NCBI GenBank assembly: GCA_047602405.1
Contig: JASGHJ010000001.1
Location: 1,440,001 to 1,504,000, forward strand
DNA from: Anaeromyxobacteraceae bacterium
Lineage (GTDB): Bacteria > Myxococcota > Myxococcia > Myxococcales > Anaeromyxobacteraceae
DNA: 64,000 nucleotides
Direction of reading: 5' to 3'
The position numbers were made by a program, and so were the translations under genes. A model generated the notes under the pieces. That model saw only the letters and a list, made by a program, of their open reading frames with translations. It was not told the DNA's origin and did no database searches. Of the stretch, positions 1 to 10,300 are shown in pieces (within the stretch, counting starts at the first letter, position 1; every line of letters starts with the position of its first letter).

Positions 1-413
1 GTGTCCGGCACCGCCCCGGCGAGGGGTGTCCGGCACCGGCCGTCCTTCAGCCAGACCAGCCGGGCGATCGCGTCCTCCACGGTGATCGTGCCGTCCCCGT
101 TGTCCGAGACGGTGGGGGCCGGCGGGCGCTCCGCGGGCGCCACGCACAGGCCGGCCCGGGGCTCGAGCCCGGCGCCGCAGGTCCAGGCGCACGGGGTGCC
201 GTCGCAGGCGCCCGGGAGGAGCACCCGGGGAGCGTCGGCGGTGAGCCCCCGATCGGCGCCGGGGCAGGGGGTGGCATTCGCGGGGGCGGCCCCGGTGCAG
301 GCGCCGGGCGTGTCCGGCACCCGCGGGACCGCCGCCGGGCCGGCCCCGCAGGCCGCCGCGCAGGCGGCGGCGAGGACGGCCCAGGGACTCGAGGTGAACC
401 GCGCGCGGCGCAT
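1..413 (-). CDS. Cys-rich putative lipoprotein with probable DUF1566 (Lcl C-terminal-like) domain, partial (runs off window start)
   Basis: Manual translation from ATG at 413: MRRARFTSSPWAVLAAACAAACG... (signal/lipobox-like), several Cys, then TVSDNGDGTITVEDAIARLVWLKDG, which resembles the DNGDGTVTD..GLxW start of DUF1566 domains. Absent from the ORF track because no stop lies in the window. Confidence 0.6.
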   Translation of the reverse strand, partial: MRRARFTSSPWAVLAAACAAACGAGPAAVPRVPDTPGACTGAAPANATPCPGADRGLTADAPRVLLPGACDGTPCAWTCGAGLEPRAGLCVAPAERPPAPTVSDNGDGTITVEDAIARLVWLKDGRCRTPLAGAVPD

Positions 414-563
414 GGCGTCGGAGCCGGACGCTAGCCCCGCGCCGGCGGGACGAGAATGCGGCGACTTGCCCCCGGCGCCCTGAGGTGCGTCAGCACCGAA
501 GCCGGGGGGGAGCCACGCCGGGGCCCTCGTGTCCGGCACCGCCCGGAGTAGGATGCGCCTCCC

Positions 564-3038
564 ATGTGCGGCGTCATCTCGATCTGCTACCCGCGCCACA
601 ACCCCGCCCTCGGGCGCGAGGCCGGCGCGCTCCTCCGTCACCTCGAGTACCGCGGCTACGACTCCACCGGCGCGGCGGTGCTCGGCGAGGACGGCACCAT
701 CACGCTCCGGAAGTCGGTGGGCGCGCCGTCGCGGGTCGTGGAGGCGCTCGGCATCGTCGCGCTCCAGGGCGTGAAGGCCATCGGCCAGGTCCGCTGGGCG
801 ACCTACGGCTCGGTGACCGACGCGAACGCCCAGCCGCACGAGGTGCGCTGCCACGTCCACATGGTCGGCGCGCACAACGGCAACATCTCGAACACCGACG
901 CCCTCAAGGTGTTCCTCAAGGACCGCGAGCACGACGTCGTCTCCGACAACGACGGCGAGATGCTCGTGCACGTCGTCGAGCAGTTCTTCCTCGAGGAGGG
1001 CGGCCTCGACCCGCGGAAGGACGCCGCCCAGCGGAAGGCCGCCGCGCTGAAGGCGATCCGCCGCGCCGACGCGCTCGTCGTCGGCTCGTACGCCGCCTGC
1101 GTCGCGTTCCCGGGCATCCCCGGCGTCTTCGCGATGAAGGCGGGCTCCTCGCTCTACGCCGGGAAGGGCTCCGACGGCGCCGGCGAGTTCGTGGTGGTCT
1201 CCTCCGACCTCACCTCGGTGCTCTCGAAGACCCGCGCGCTCGTGCCGCTCGCCGAGGGCGAGGGGCTGTACTTCACGCACGCCGACTACGAGGTCTTCGG
1301 GCTGCGCGAGGAGCGCTCCTCGCGGCCGCCGCTCCGGCGCTCGCGCCTCAACGTCGCCGACATCGGCCTCACCCCGCCGCACCGCTTCTACATGGAGCAG
1401 GAGATCGCGCACGCGGGGCCGAACCTGGACGCGATCCTGAAGAACTACTTCCGCGCGCCCAGCGAGGGGGAGCGCCTGGCCGCCCTCGAGGCGCACGCGG
1501 CCGACGCCCTCGCCCTCGTGGCCGAGCTCCACGCGCTCGCCGACGTGTTCGACCCCGCCGAGGCCGCCGCGCGGCGCGCCGCGCTGCTCGCGGATCCCCG
1601 CCTCGCTCGCCTCCGTCCGCTGCTCGGCGTCGCCGCGACCGCGGCGCCCGGGGCGGCGTTCGGCTCCGACGACGCGCCGCTCCTCGAGGAGCTCGCCCAG
1701 GCGGGCGGCGACCGGGCGGCGCTCCTCGCGCTCGACGCGGTCGTGGCCTGGCAGAAGAAGGCGGCGGTCCTCTCCCGCAAGGACGCGCTCCTCGCCGAGC
1801 TCGGCCGCGCGGGGCAGGTGTACCTCCTCGGCTCGGGGACCTCCTACCACGCGTGCCTCACCGGCGCGGCGTTCCTCGCCCAGCTCGGCGGGCTCGCGGC
1901 GCACGCCGTGAACCCGGGGCAGTTCCGCTCGACCTACCTGCCGGTGCTGCGGCCCGGCGACGTGGTCCTCGCGGTCACGCAGTCGGGCGAGACGAAGGAC
2001 CTCGTCGACGTCATGAACGACGTGCGCGCCGCGCACGGGACGAAGGTCCGGCTCCTCGCCCTCGTCAACAACGAGAACTCCACCATCCCGCAGGAGAAGG
2101 CCGACGCGTTCCTGCCGCTCCTGTGCGGGCCGGAGATCGCGGTCGCCGCGACGAAGTCGTTCGTGTCGCAGCTCGCGGTCTTCTACCTCCTCGCCCGGAG
2201 CCTCCGGGAGGACGAGGCCACGGTCGCGGCCGCGCTCCGGCGGGTGCGGGACCTCCTCGGGCCCACGGTGGAGGCGACCGCGGCGGCGGTCGACGAGATC
2301 GCGCGGCGGTTCTGCTTCCGGCCGTCGCTCCACCTCCTCGGCACCTCGCTCGCGGGCATCGCGAAGGAGGGCGCGCTCAAGGTGCGCGAGGTCGTGCTCA
2401 ACCACTCGGAGGGCTACGACGCCGCCGAGTTCAAGCACGGGCCGAACACCATCCTCGGCAAGAACACGGTCCTCTCCTGGACCGACGCCGAGGGGCTCAT
2501 GCAGCGCACCGCCGGGGTCGCGGCCGAGCTCGTCCGGGAGGTCGGGCCGGCCGGCGCCGCCGCGCTCCTCGGGGAGCTCGGGACCGGCGGCTTCGAGGCG
2601 CTGCACGCGCTCGCCGACGGCACGCCGGGCGCGGCGCTCGCGAAGGACCGGCTCGACCCGGAGCGGCTCTTCTCGAACTACCCGCTCGTCTTCGTGTGCG
2701 GCCCGGATCCGCGCGACGTGCGCATCACGGTCTCGCAGATCCACACCCACAAGATCCGCGGCGCCGACGTCGTGCTCGTCGCGCCGGAGCACGAGGACCT
2801 GCGCCGCGCGGTGGAGGGGAGGCCCGACCGCGCCGGCGACTACTTCGCGCGCTGCGTGGTGGTGCCGCCCGGCGCCGGCCCGCACGAGTTCACGTTCCAG
2901 GCGGCGGTGGTCCTGCAGCGGCTCGCGCTCCGGATGTCGGTGCTCAAGATGGACGCGCTCGACGCGGCGGGCGTGCGCGACCACGGCGTGCACCCCGACG
3001 TCCCGAAGAACGTGTCGAAGTCGATAACCGTGGATTAG
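564..3038 (+). CDS. glmS: Glutamine--fructose-6-phosphate transaminase (isomerizing), enlarged variant
   Basis: N-terminal MCG nucleophile, LEYRGYDS, RWATYG, HNG; SIS motifs GSGTSYHA, TQSGET, AATKSF, EGALK, EFKHGP; C-terminal PKNVSKSITVD. 824 aa versus about 610 aa typical. Confidence 0.9.
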   Translation: MCGVISICYPRHNPALGREAGALLRHLEYRGYDSTGAAVLGEDGTITLRKSVGAPSRVVEALGIVALQGVKAIGQVRWATYGSVTDANAQPHEVRCHVHMVGAHNGNISNTDALKVFLKDREHDVVSDNDGEMLVHVVEQFFLEEGGLDPRKDAAQRKAAALKAIRRADALVVGSYAACVAFPGIPGVFAMKAGSSLYAGKGSDGAGEFVVVSSDLTSVLSKTRALVPLAEGEGLYFTHADYEVFGLREERSSRPPLRRSRLNVADIGLTPPHRFYMEQEIAHAGPNLDAILKNYFRAPSEGERLAALEAHAADALALVAELHALADVFDPAEAAARRAALLADPRLARLRPLLGVAATAAPGAAFGSDDAPLLEELAQAGGDRAALLALDAVVAWQKKAAVLSRKDALLAELGRAGQVYLLGSGTSYHACLTGAAFLAQLGGLAAHAVNPGQFRSTYLPVLRPGDVVLAVTQSGETKDLVDVMNDVRAAHGTKVRLLALVNNENSTIPQEKADAFLPLLCGPEIAVAATKSFVSQLAVFYLLARSLREDEATVAAALRRVRDLLGPTVEATAAAVDEIARRFCFRPSLHLLGTSLAGIAKEGALKVREVVLNHSEGYDAAEFKHGPNTILGKNTVLSWTDAEGLMQRTAGVAAELVREVGPAGAAALLGELGTGGFEALHALADGTPGAALAKDRLDPERLFSNYPLVFVCGPDPRDVRITVSQIHTHKIRGADVVLVAPEHEDLRRAVEGRPDRAGDYFARCVVVPPGAGPHEFTFQAAVVLQRLALRMSVLKMDALDAAGVRDHGVHPDVPKNVSKSITVD

Positions 3039-3042
3039 CCGT

Positions 3043-3092
3043 CCCTCGTCTCCGCGGCCTCCTGCGGAGGCCGCCACGCTCGGGACGAACGG
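3043..3092. repeat. REP-like palindromic element, intergenic copy
   Basis: CCCTCGTCTCC-GCGGCCTCC-TGC-GGAGGCCGC-CACGCTCGGGACGAACGG; perfect 9-bp stem at 3054-3074; same architecture as the element at 42826-42869. Confidence 0.6.
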
Positions 3093-3167
3093 GGCTGGGC
3101 AGCCCGACCGCCTCGTCTCGCGCGACCCGCGGCAGGAAGGGCAGGAACCACAGGAGCGGGATCACGG

Positions 3168-4196
3168 TCAGGCCCCCGCCCCGGGCTGCGCCGCCTCGAG
3201 CCCCATCGCCCGGAGGAACTCCTCGTTCCCGTCGATCACCCGGTCCTGGAGCCGGACCCGGTCGACCTTCACCTCGGCGAGCGTCACGTTCCGGATCGTG
3301 ACGTCCTTCAGCAGGCACTCGGTGAAGAGCGCCTTCCTGAGCTCGCAGCGGTCGAAGGTGACGTCCACGAACCCCGCCGTGCGCCAGCCCTCGCCGCCGG
3401 TCACGAGGACGTCGTCGAGGGTGGTCGAGACGAGCGCGACGCCCGAGACGCGCGCGCCGCGAAGGAGCGAGGAGGTGACCGTGGAGTCGGTGAGCGTGAG
3501 GTCGCTCACCTGCGAGCCGTTCACCTCGAGGTCGCGGACGTGGGAGGCGTCGAGGGTGAGGTCCTCGAGCTGGGCCGCGTTGACGCCGGACTCCTCCCAG
3601 GAGGAGCCACGGCGCAGGACCACGTCCTCGACCTGGCTCGCCGAGACCTCGAGCCCCGCGATGCGGCTCTGGCCGGCGAGCGCGACGTCCTCGAAGCTCG
3701 AGGCGGAGATCGAGAGCCCCTCGATCTCGCTGTCCTCGACCTCGACGTCCTCGAGCGAGCTCCCCTGCACCGAGGAGTCGGCGAGCTTCCCGCCGCGGAC
3801 CTTCACGTCCTTCAGCTGGCTCATCCCGACGACGTTGCCGGTGACCTCGGCGCGCTGGAGGTCGAGCCCCTTCACCTGCGAGGCGGTGATCCGGTTGCGC
3901 TCGAAGACGTAGTCCTGGCCGCCGATCCGCCCGACCTCGGACATGACGAGCTCGTTCTCGCGGAGCTCGCTGCGGTAGACGTGCGCGCTCGAGGTGCCGC
4001 CCGCCGTGACGCGGATCGCCTCGGCGATGCCGGCGAGGATGCCCCGCGCGGCCGGGGCCGGCCGCCTCCGCTCGGCCGTGCCGCCACCCGCGGCGCCGCC
4101 GCCCGCCGTGAGCTCCGCGATGAGCTGGGCCGCCTGGGCGTCGGTGAGGGTGCCCTCGCGCGCCATCGCGAGGATCTTCTCGATCTGGTCCTTCAT
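3168..4196 (-). CDS. SHOCT-like N-terminal helix plus beta-solenoid (pentapeptide-like repeat) protein
   Basis: N-terminus KILAMAREGTLTDAQAAQLIAEL, then 5-residue periodic repeats (SQVKG/LDLQR, SSLED/VEVED, SQVSD/LTLTD); GGAGGAG RBS upstream; directly downstream of the DUF2089 gene. Confidence 0.7.
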   Translation of the reverse strand: MKDQIEKILAMAREGTLTDAQAAQLIAELTAGGGAAGGGTAERRRPAPAARGILAGIAEAIRVTAGGTSSAHVYRSELRENELVMSEVGRIGGQDYVFERNRITASQVKGLDLQRAEVTGNVVGMSQLKDVKVRGGKLADSSVQGSSLEDVEVEDSEIEGLSISASSFEDVALAGQSRIAGLEVSASQVEDVVLRRGSSWEESGVNAAQLEDLTLDASHVRDLEVNGSQVSDLTLTDSTVTSSLLRGARVSGVALVSTTLDDVLVTGGEGWRTAGFVDVTFDRCELRKALFTECLLKDVTIRNVTLAEVKVDRVRLQDRVIDGNEEFLRAMGLEAAQPGAGA

Positions 4197-4242
4197 GTCC
4201 GTGCTCCTCCGGTGCTGCGGCTGCCCACGTCGCTGCGCCAGC

Positions 4243-4668
4243 TCAGCGCTTCGCCTTCTTCACGAGCTCCATCGCCTCGTCGAACCCGAGCTTCCCCGCC
4301 TTGAGCCGGTCGAGGATCTCGTCGACCGCGCTCGCCCTCGGCCGCGCGCCCGCGGGGGGCGCCGCGCCGCGGGAGGGGGCGCCGGCCGGCGCGCGCGCCG
4401 CGACCTTCTCGCGCAGCGCCTTCAGGCGCGTGCGGATGGTCGGGTAGCTGAGGCCGAGCGGGGCCTCCATGTCGCGGATCCGGCCCTCGGCGAGCACGAA
4501 GATGCGCAGGAGGTGGAGGTCCTCACCGGAGAGCGCCGCGAACTCGTTGAGCTCGAACGTCCCCTCCACCTTCACGCCGCAGGCGTCGCAGCCGAGCACG
4601 CGGGGCCGGAGCGCACCCTGGCAGGCGGGGCAGCTGAGCGGGATCGGGGCGGCGGGCCTGTCGTTCAT
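4243..4668 (-). CDS. DUF2089 family protein (zinc ribbon + HTH + SHOCT-like tail)
   Basis: CPAC..CDAC zinc ribbon, VEGTF, LGLSYPTIRTRL HTH, C-terminal ILDRLKAGKLGFDEAMEL. Confidence 0.85.
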   Translation of the reverse strand: MNDRPAAPIPLSCPACQGALRPRVLGCDACGVKVEGTFELNEFAALSGEDLHLLRIFVLAEGRIRDMEAPLGLSYPTIRTRLKALREKVAARAPAGAPSRGAAPPAGARPRASAVDEILDRLKAGKLGFDEAMELVKKAKR

Positions 4669-4670
4669 CG

Positions 4671-4730
4671 TGTCGAACGATTACGCCGAGACCCTCGACA
4701 TGTCAATGCTCACTTTAACTAATGAAATTG
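4671..4730 (-). promoter_or_regulatory. Candidate sigma70-type promoter of the DUF2089 operon
   Basis: Minus strand has a perfect TTGACA (4706-4701) preceded by an AT-rich tract (4711-4730) that is rare in this DNA. The -10 is imperfect (TAATCG at 17 bp). Short inverted repeat TGTCGA/TCGACA at 4671-4676 and 4695-4700. Confidence 0.45.
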
Positions 4731-4739
4731 GCTCCCATG

Positions 4740-4778
4740 AAGAAGGCCGGGCGAGAGGTGCAACCTCCCGTCCGGCCT
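4740..4778 (-). terminator. Probable intrinsic terminator of the EEP gene
   Basis: Minus strand AGGCCGGACGGGAGG-TTGCA-CCTCTCGCCCGGCCT followed by TCTT, about 50 bp after the stop at 4830. Confidence 0.55.
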
Positions 4779-4829
4779 GGCGATACGGCCTCCCCGGCGG
4801 CTGACCGGCGTCCCGCCCGGAGCGGGAGC

Positions 4830-5942
4830 TCAGTCGTCGTGCCCGTCGTCGTCACCGCGCGGCGCCTTCACGAACTTGAGGCGCGCCACGAGCCCCGCGT
4901 GATCGGTCGGCCAGAGCCCGGTGCGGTGGTCGCGCGGCTCGTCGCCGACGATCTGGATCGTCTGCGGCCTCAGGCCGCGCGAGAAGACGTAGTCGATGCG
5001 CTGGTCGAGCCCCGGCGTGGTCTCGGCGAGGGCCTCGGGCCAGCAGCACGTGAACCCGGCCTTCTTCGGGTGGAGCGTCGCCCACGCGTCGGTGAAGCCG
5101 GCGGCCGCGACGCTCGCCGCGGCCTCGGTGCCGGGCAGCGAGTTGAGGTCGCCGACCAGGATCACGTCGCCGGGCGTCGCCGCGAGGATCGCCGCGAGCT
5201 CCATGCCCTGGGCGACGCGCACCGGCGCGTAGAAGGACTCGGTGTGGGTGTCGAAGAAGGTGACCCAGCGCCCGTCGAGCTTCACCTCGACCGCGGTCCA
5301 GCCGCGCTTCACCGGCACGGTGGTGGTGAGCACCTGCACCGGCAGGAGCACGGAGTAGAGCGCGCCGCGCGCGTTCCGGTGCTCGACGCCCGCGCGCACC
5401 AGGATCACCTGGCGGTCGGTCATGCGCACCTCGTCGAACGCGGGCAGCGTCGGCGCCTCGAAGTCGAAGAGCTCGAGCGACTCCGCCACCTCGTAGCGCT
5501 CACCGCGCGCCTCGAGCGCCGCGAGGAGCTCGGCGACGTAGTCGTACTCGACCTGCGTCGCGGCGGTGGTCGGGTCGTAGGGGTGCTGCGAGCGCCAGAG
5601 GTAGGCCTCCTGCAGGCCCACCACGCTCGGCCGGGCGCGGGCGATCTCGTCCGCGAGGAGGCGTGCGCGCTGGTGGAAGTCGTTGCCGACGACGGTGGCC
5701 CAGACCTCGGTCGTCGCCGCGAGGAACGCGGCCTGGCTCTGCGCGGCGACGACGCCGCCGAGATCCGCGCCGAGGTAGAGGTTGCGGGACATCACGACCG
5801 CGGGGGCGTCGCGGTCGCGGCAGGGTTCGGCGGCGGCCGAGACCGCGGCGGCGCCGGAGGCGTCCGGCGGCCCGCCCACGTCACAGGCGGTGAAGAGGGG
5901 GACGAGCGACACGACGGCGAGTACGCGAAGGAAGGGGCCCAT
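4830..5942 (-). CDS. Endonuclease/exonuclease/phosphatase (EEP) family lipoprotein
   Basis: Start reassigned to ATG 5942 (GAGGTG RBS; signal ...LFTAC). Motifs MSRNLYLG, VGLQEA, THTE, GDLNS, RIDYVF, PTDHAG. Confidence 0.85.
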   Translation of the reverse strand: MGPFLRVLAVVSLVPLFTACDVGGPPDASGAAAVSAAAEPCRDRDAPAVVMSRNLYLGADLGGVVAAQSQAAFLAATTEVWATVVGNDFHQRARLLADEIARARPSVVGLQEAYLWRSQHPYDPTTAATQVEYDYVAELLAALEARGERYEVAESLELFDFEAPTLPAFDEVRMTDRQVILVRAGVEHRNARGALYSVLLPVQVLTTTVPVKRGWTAVEVKLDGRWVTFFDTHTESFYAPVRVAQGMELAAILAATPGDVILVGDLNSLPGTEAAASVAAAGFTDAWATLHPKKAGFTCCWPEALAETTPGLDQRIDYVFSRGLRPQTIQIVGDEPRDHRTGLWPTDHAGLVARLKFVKAPRGDDDGHDD

Positions 5943-6174
5943 GGTCACCTCGAGGGCAGGAGAGGGCCAGAGCCTAGGCCGTGGTGACGGGCCCGAAGGA
6001 GGCCACGTGGGCCTCCCCCTCGGCGGGAGGGGTTCCACACCCTGACCCCTCCGGGTTTCGCGCAACGTCACGGCGCGGTGCATAACACCTCTCTCCCGAT
6101 GATCCGCGCGCCCGCGCGCGGTCCAACGCGTGGCCCCCGTGTCCCTGCCGGGCGGGCGCCCAAGGATGATCACC

Positions 6175-7368
6175 ATGCCGAAGACCGCGCTCGGCGCCTC
6201 CGCCGCCGCACTCCGCTCCCTCGCCTCCCCGGCGCTCTCCCGCCTGGCCTCGCCGGCCGTGGCGACGGCCCTCGCCGCCCTCGCGCTCGCCTGCGGCAAG
6301 GGCCCCGAGGCGAAGCCGCCCGCACAGGCCGCCCCGGTCTCGCTCGCGCGGGAGAACGTCGCGGTGGTCGCCGAGCAGACGCTCCAGGCCGGCCCGGAGA
6401 TCTCCGGCACCCTCCGCGCGCGCCGCGCGGCGGCCATCCGCGCCGAGGTGTCGGGCGCCGTGCTCGAGGTGATCGCCCAGGCGGGCGACCGCGTGAAGGA
6501 GGGGCAGGTCCTCGCGCGCCTCGACGACGCCGCGCTCGCCGACGCCCTGCTCGCCGCCCGCTCCGGCGTCTCGGCGGCGAGGAACCAGGTGACCGTCGCC
6601 GAGGCGAACGCCCGCCGGGCCCGCACGCTCGCCGAGGCGGGGGCGACCTCGCCGCAGCAGGCCGAGCAGGCGGAGGCGGCGCTCGCGGGCGCGAAGGCCG
6701 CGCTCGCCGACGCCGAGGCGCGCCACGCGAACGCCGCGCTCATGGCGGGGAAGACCCGGGTGAGGGCGCCGTTCGCCGGCGTCGTCTCCGAGCGCGCGGT
6801 CTCCGCCGGCGACGTCGTCGCGCCGGGGTCGCCGCTCTTCACGGTGATCGATCCCTCGCGCCTCGAGCTCGAGGCCGCGGTGCCGGCGGCGCTCGCCGGC
6901 GAGGTCGCGCCCGGCGCCGCCGTGCAGTTCCGGGTCACCGGCTTCCCCGAGGCGTTCCAGGGGAAGGTCGACCGGCTCAACCCGTCGGTCGATCCGGCCA
7001 CCGGCCAGGTGCGGCTCTACGTCACGGTGCCGAACGAGAACGGCCGGCTCCTCGCCGGCCTGTACGCCGAGGGGCGCGTCGCGACGCACGAGCGCACCGC
7101 GCCGGCGGCGCCCGAGGCGGTGGTCGACGCGTCCTCGAAGCCGCCCACGGTGCTCAGGGTGGCGGACGGCAAGGTGACGAAGGTGCCGGTCGAGGTGGTG
7201 GTCCGCGACGACGTGAAGGGCGCGGTCGGGTTCGCCTCGGGCGTGAAGGCCGGCGACGTGCTCGTGCTCGGCTCGGCGCGCGGCGGGCTGGCCGACGGCG
7301 CGGCGGTGAAGCTCGGCGAGGGCGCCGCGGCCGGGCAGGGCACCGGCAGCGCGGCGAAGGCGAACTAG
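6175..7368 (+). CDS. RND efflux periplasmic adaptor (membrane fusion protein)
   Basis: Lipobox ALAC, lipoyl-like GDRVKEGQVLARLD, coiled coil, RAPFAGVV; immediately upstream of the RND permease. Confidence 0.9.
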   Translation: MPKTALGASAAALRSLASPALSRLASPAVATALAALALACGKGPEAKPPAQAAPVSLARENVAVVAEQTLQAGPEISGTLRARRAAAIRAEVSGAVLEVIAQAGDRVKEGQVLARLDDAALADALLAARSGVSAARNQVTVAEANARRARTLAEAGATSPQQAEQAEAALAGAKAALADAEARHANAALMAGKTRVRAPFAGVVSERAVSAGDVVAPGSPLFTVIDPSRLELEAAVPAALAGEVAPGAAVQFRVTGFPEAFQGKVDRLNPSVDPATGQVRLYVTVPNENGRLLAGLYAEGRVATHERTAPAAPEAVVDASSKPPTVLRVADGKVTKVPVEVVVRDDVKGAVGFASGVKAGDVLVLGSARGGLADGAAVKLGEGAAAGQGTGSAAKAN

Positions 7369-7387
7369 GGCTCGAGGAGACCGCCGC

Positions 7388-10300
7388 GTGTACATCTCCG
7401 ACGTCGCGATCAAGAAGCCCATCTTCACCATCACGGTGATGCTCGCGCTCGTGGGCTTCGGCCTCGTCGCGCTCGCCTCCCTCAAGACCGACGAGTTCCC
7501 GGACGTGCAGCCGCCGATCGTGGCGGTCACCATCGTCTACCCGGGCGCCTCGCCGGAGACCGTCGAGCGCGAGATCGTCGACCCGGTCGAGGACGCGCTC
7601 TTCTCGATCTCCGGCATCGACGGCAAGCAGACCACCGCCTCGGCGACCGACGGCCTCGCGCAGTTCCTCGTGTTCTTCGACTTCGAGAAGAACATGCAGG
7701 AGGCGACCCAGGACATCCGCGACGCCATCAGCTCGAAGCGGGCCGACCTGCCCACCGAGATGGAGGAGCCGATCCTCACCCGCTTCGACCCGAGCCAGGA
7801 GCCGATCCTCACCTTCACCGTCACGAGCGACTCGGTGCCCGTGCCGGCGCTCACCCGGCTCGCCGACGAGGTGGTGAAGCGCGAGCTCCGCGCGGTGCAG
7901 GGCGTCGCCGACGTCCGCATGGCGGGCGGGCAGAAGCGCGAGCTCACCGTCGAGCTCCGCCCCGACGCGCTCGCCGGCGCGGGCGTGTCGGCGGCCGAGG
8001 TGGTGGGCGCGCTGCAGAGCCAGAACCTCGCCGCGCCGGTCGGCCGCGTGAACACGAGCCTCGCGGAGCGGTCGATCCGCCTCTCCGGCCGGCTCACGAC
8101 CCCCGACGAGTTCGGCCAGATCCCGGTCGCCACCCGGAACGGCCAGGTGGTCCGGCTCGCGCAGGTCGCCACCGTGAAGGACGCCTGGGAGGAGCCGCGC
8201 ACGCTCGCGCTCTTCGACGGCCGCGAGGCGGTCGGCCTCGAGATCCTGAAGACGAAGGGCTACTCGACCACCTCGGTCGCCGACCAGCTGAAGGCGAAGG
8301 CCGCCGCGCTCGGGCCGCGGCTGCCGCCGGGCGTGAAGCTCGCGGTGGTGCAGGACGCGTCCGAGCGCGTGCGCAACTCGGTGGGCGGCGTGCAGCAGTC
8401 CCTCGTCGAGGGCGCGCTCCTCACCGTGCTCGTGGTCTTCTTCTTCCTCAACTCCTGGCGCTCGACCATCATCACCGGCCTCGCGCTGCCGGTCTCGGTG
8501 CTCGGCGGCTTCGTCGCGATCTGGGTGTTCGGGTTCACGCTCAACTCGATGTCGCTCCTCGGGCTCTCGCTCGCGATCGGCATCCTCATCGACGACGCGA
8601 TCGTGGTCCGGGAGAACATCGTCCGGCACATCGAGCTCGGGCAGGACCACACCACCGCGTCCTTCAAGGGCACCGACGAGATCGGCCTCGCGGTCGCGGC
8701 CACCACCTTCTCGATCGTGGCGGTCTTCGTCCCGGTCGCGTTCATGTACGGGATGGCCGGCCAGTGGTTCAAGCCGTTCGCCCTCACCATCGCGGCCGCC
8801 GTGCTCGTCTCCCTCTTCGTCTCCTTCTCGCTCGACCCGATGCTGTCGGCGTACTGGCCCGACCCGCAGGTCGAGAAGGGCGAGCGGCGCGGGCCGGTCG
8901 GCCGCGCGCTCGGCGCCTTCAACCGCTGGTTCGACCGGCAGGCCGACCGCTACAAGGGCGTCGTCGCGTGGGCGCTCGACCACCGGCTCGCGATGTTCGC
9001 GTTCGCGACGGTGGCGTTCTTCGGCTCGCTCTTCCTGCAGGGCGCGTTCGGCGGCTCCGGCTTCGCGCCGATCTCCGACCGGCGCGAGATGAACCTCATC
9101 GTGCAGACCCCGCCCGGCTCGTCGCTCGAGTACACGCGCGGCAAGGTCGAGGAGGCGGTCGCGCTGCTGCGCCAGCGCCCGGAGGTCGAGTACACCTACG
9201 CCTCCATCGGCACGCCCATCCCGCTGCAGGCGCCGGGCGTCGACGCCGCCACGGTCTACATCCGCCTCGTCCCCAAGCACGCGCGCGAGCTCTCGCAGGA
9301 CGCGCTCGGCCCGGTGATGCGCGACGCGCTCCGGCCCATCGCGGGCGCCGAGATCTCGGTCTTCAACTCCGGCTGGGGCGGCACCTTCAAGCCGGTGCAG
9401 CTGCAGCTGCGCGGCCCGGACCAGGCGGTGCTGAACGCGAACGCGGCGCGGATCCGCGACGTCGTGCGCGGCGTGCCGGGCGCGGTGGACGTCGGGCTCT
9501 CGACGCGCAGCCAGAAGCCGGAGCTCGAGGTGGTGGTCGACCGCGGCCTCGCCGGGAGCCTCGGCGTCTCGGTCGGGCAGATCGCGCAGTCGCTCCGGAT
9601 CGCCTTCGCCGGCCTCGACTCCGGCGACTGGGTGGACCCCACCGGCGAGACCCGCGACGTCATGGTCCGGCTCGCCCCGGAGGCGCGCCAGCGCGCGGGG
9701 GATCTGAGGACCCTGCCGCTGCTCGTCGGACAGGGGGGCGGACCGCAGGCCCACCCGAACGTCGTCCCGCTCGGCCAGCTCGCGGCGGTGCGCGAGGGCG
9801 TCGGCCCCGCGCAGATCTCCCACCTCGACCGCGAGCGCGTCGTCCAGATCGAGGCGAACGTGCAGGGGCTCTCGCTCGGCGAGGTGCAGGCCGAGATCGA
9901 CCGGCGCCTGAAGGACCAGTCCCTGCCGGCCGGCTACACCCTGCGCGCCGGCGGCGAGAGCGCCGACCAGGCCGAGGTGTTCGGGCGCATCCTGCTCGCG
10001 CTCGGCACCGCGGTGATGCTGATGTACCTGGTGCTCGTCCTCCAGTTCCAGTCGTTCCTCGACCCGTTCACGATCCTGCTCTCGCTCCCGCTCTCGCTCA
10101 TCGGGGTCGTGCTCGCGCTCCTCGTCACCGGCGACACGCTCAACATCATGAGCATGATCGGGATCATCCTCCTCTTCGGCATCGTGGCGAAGAACGCGAT
10201 CCTGCTCATCGACTTCGCGAAGTGGGCGCGGGAGGATCGCGGCCTGTCGATCCGCGACGCGCTCATCGAGGCCGGCCGGATCCGCCTGAGGCCCATCGTT

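Noticed and set aside
414..563. glmS ribozyme upstream of glmS
   Set aside because: The short intergenic region is shared with a divergent gene, and I could not recognise the conserved ribozyme core.
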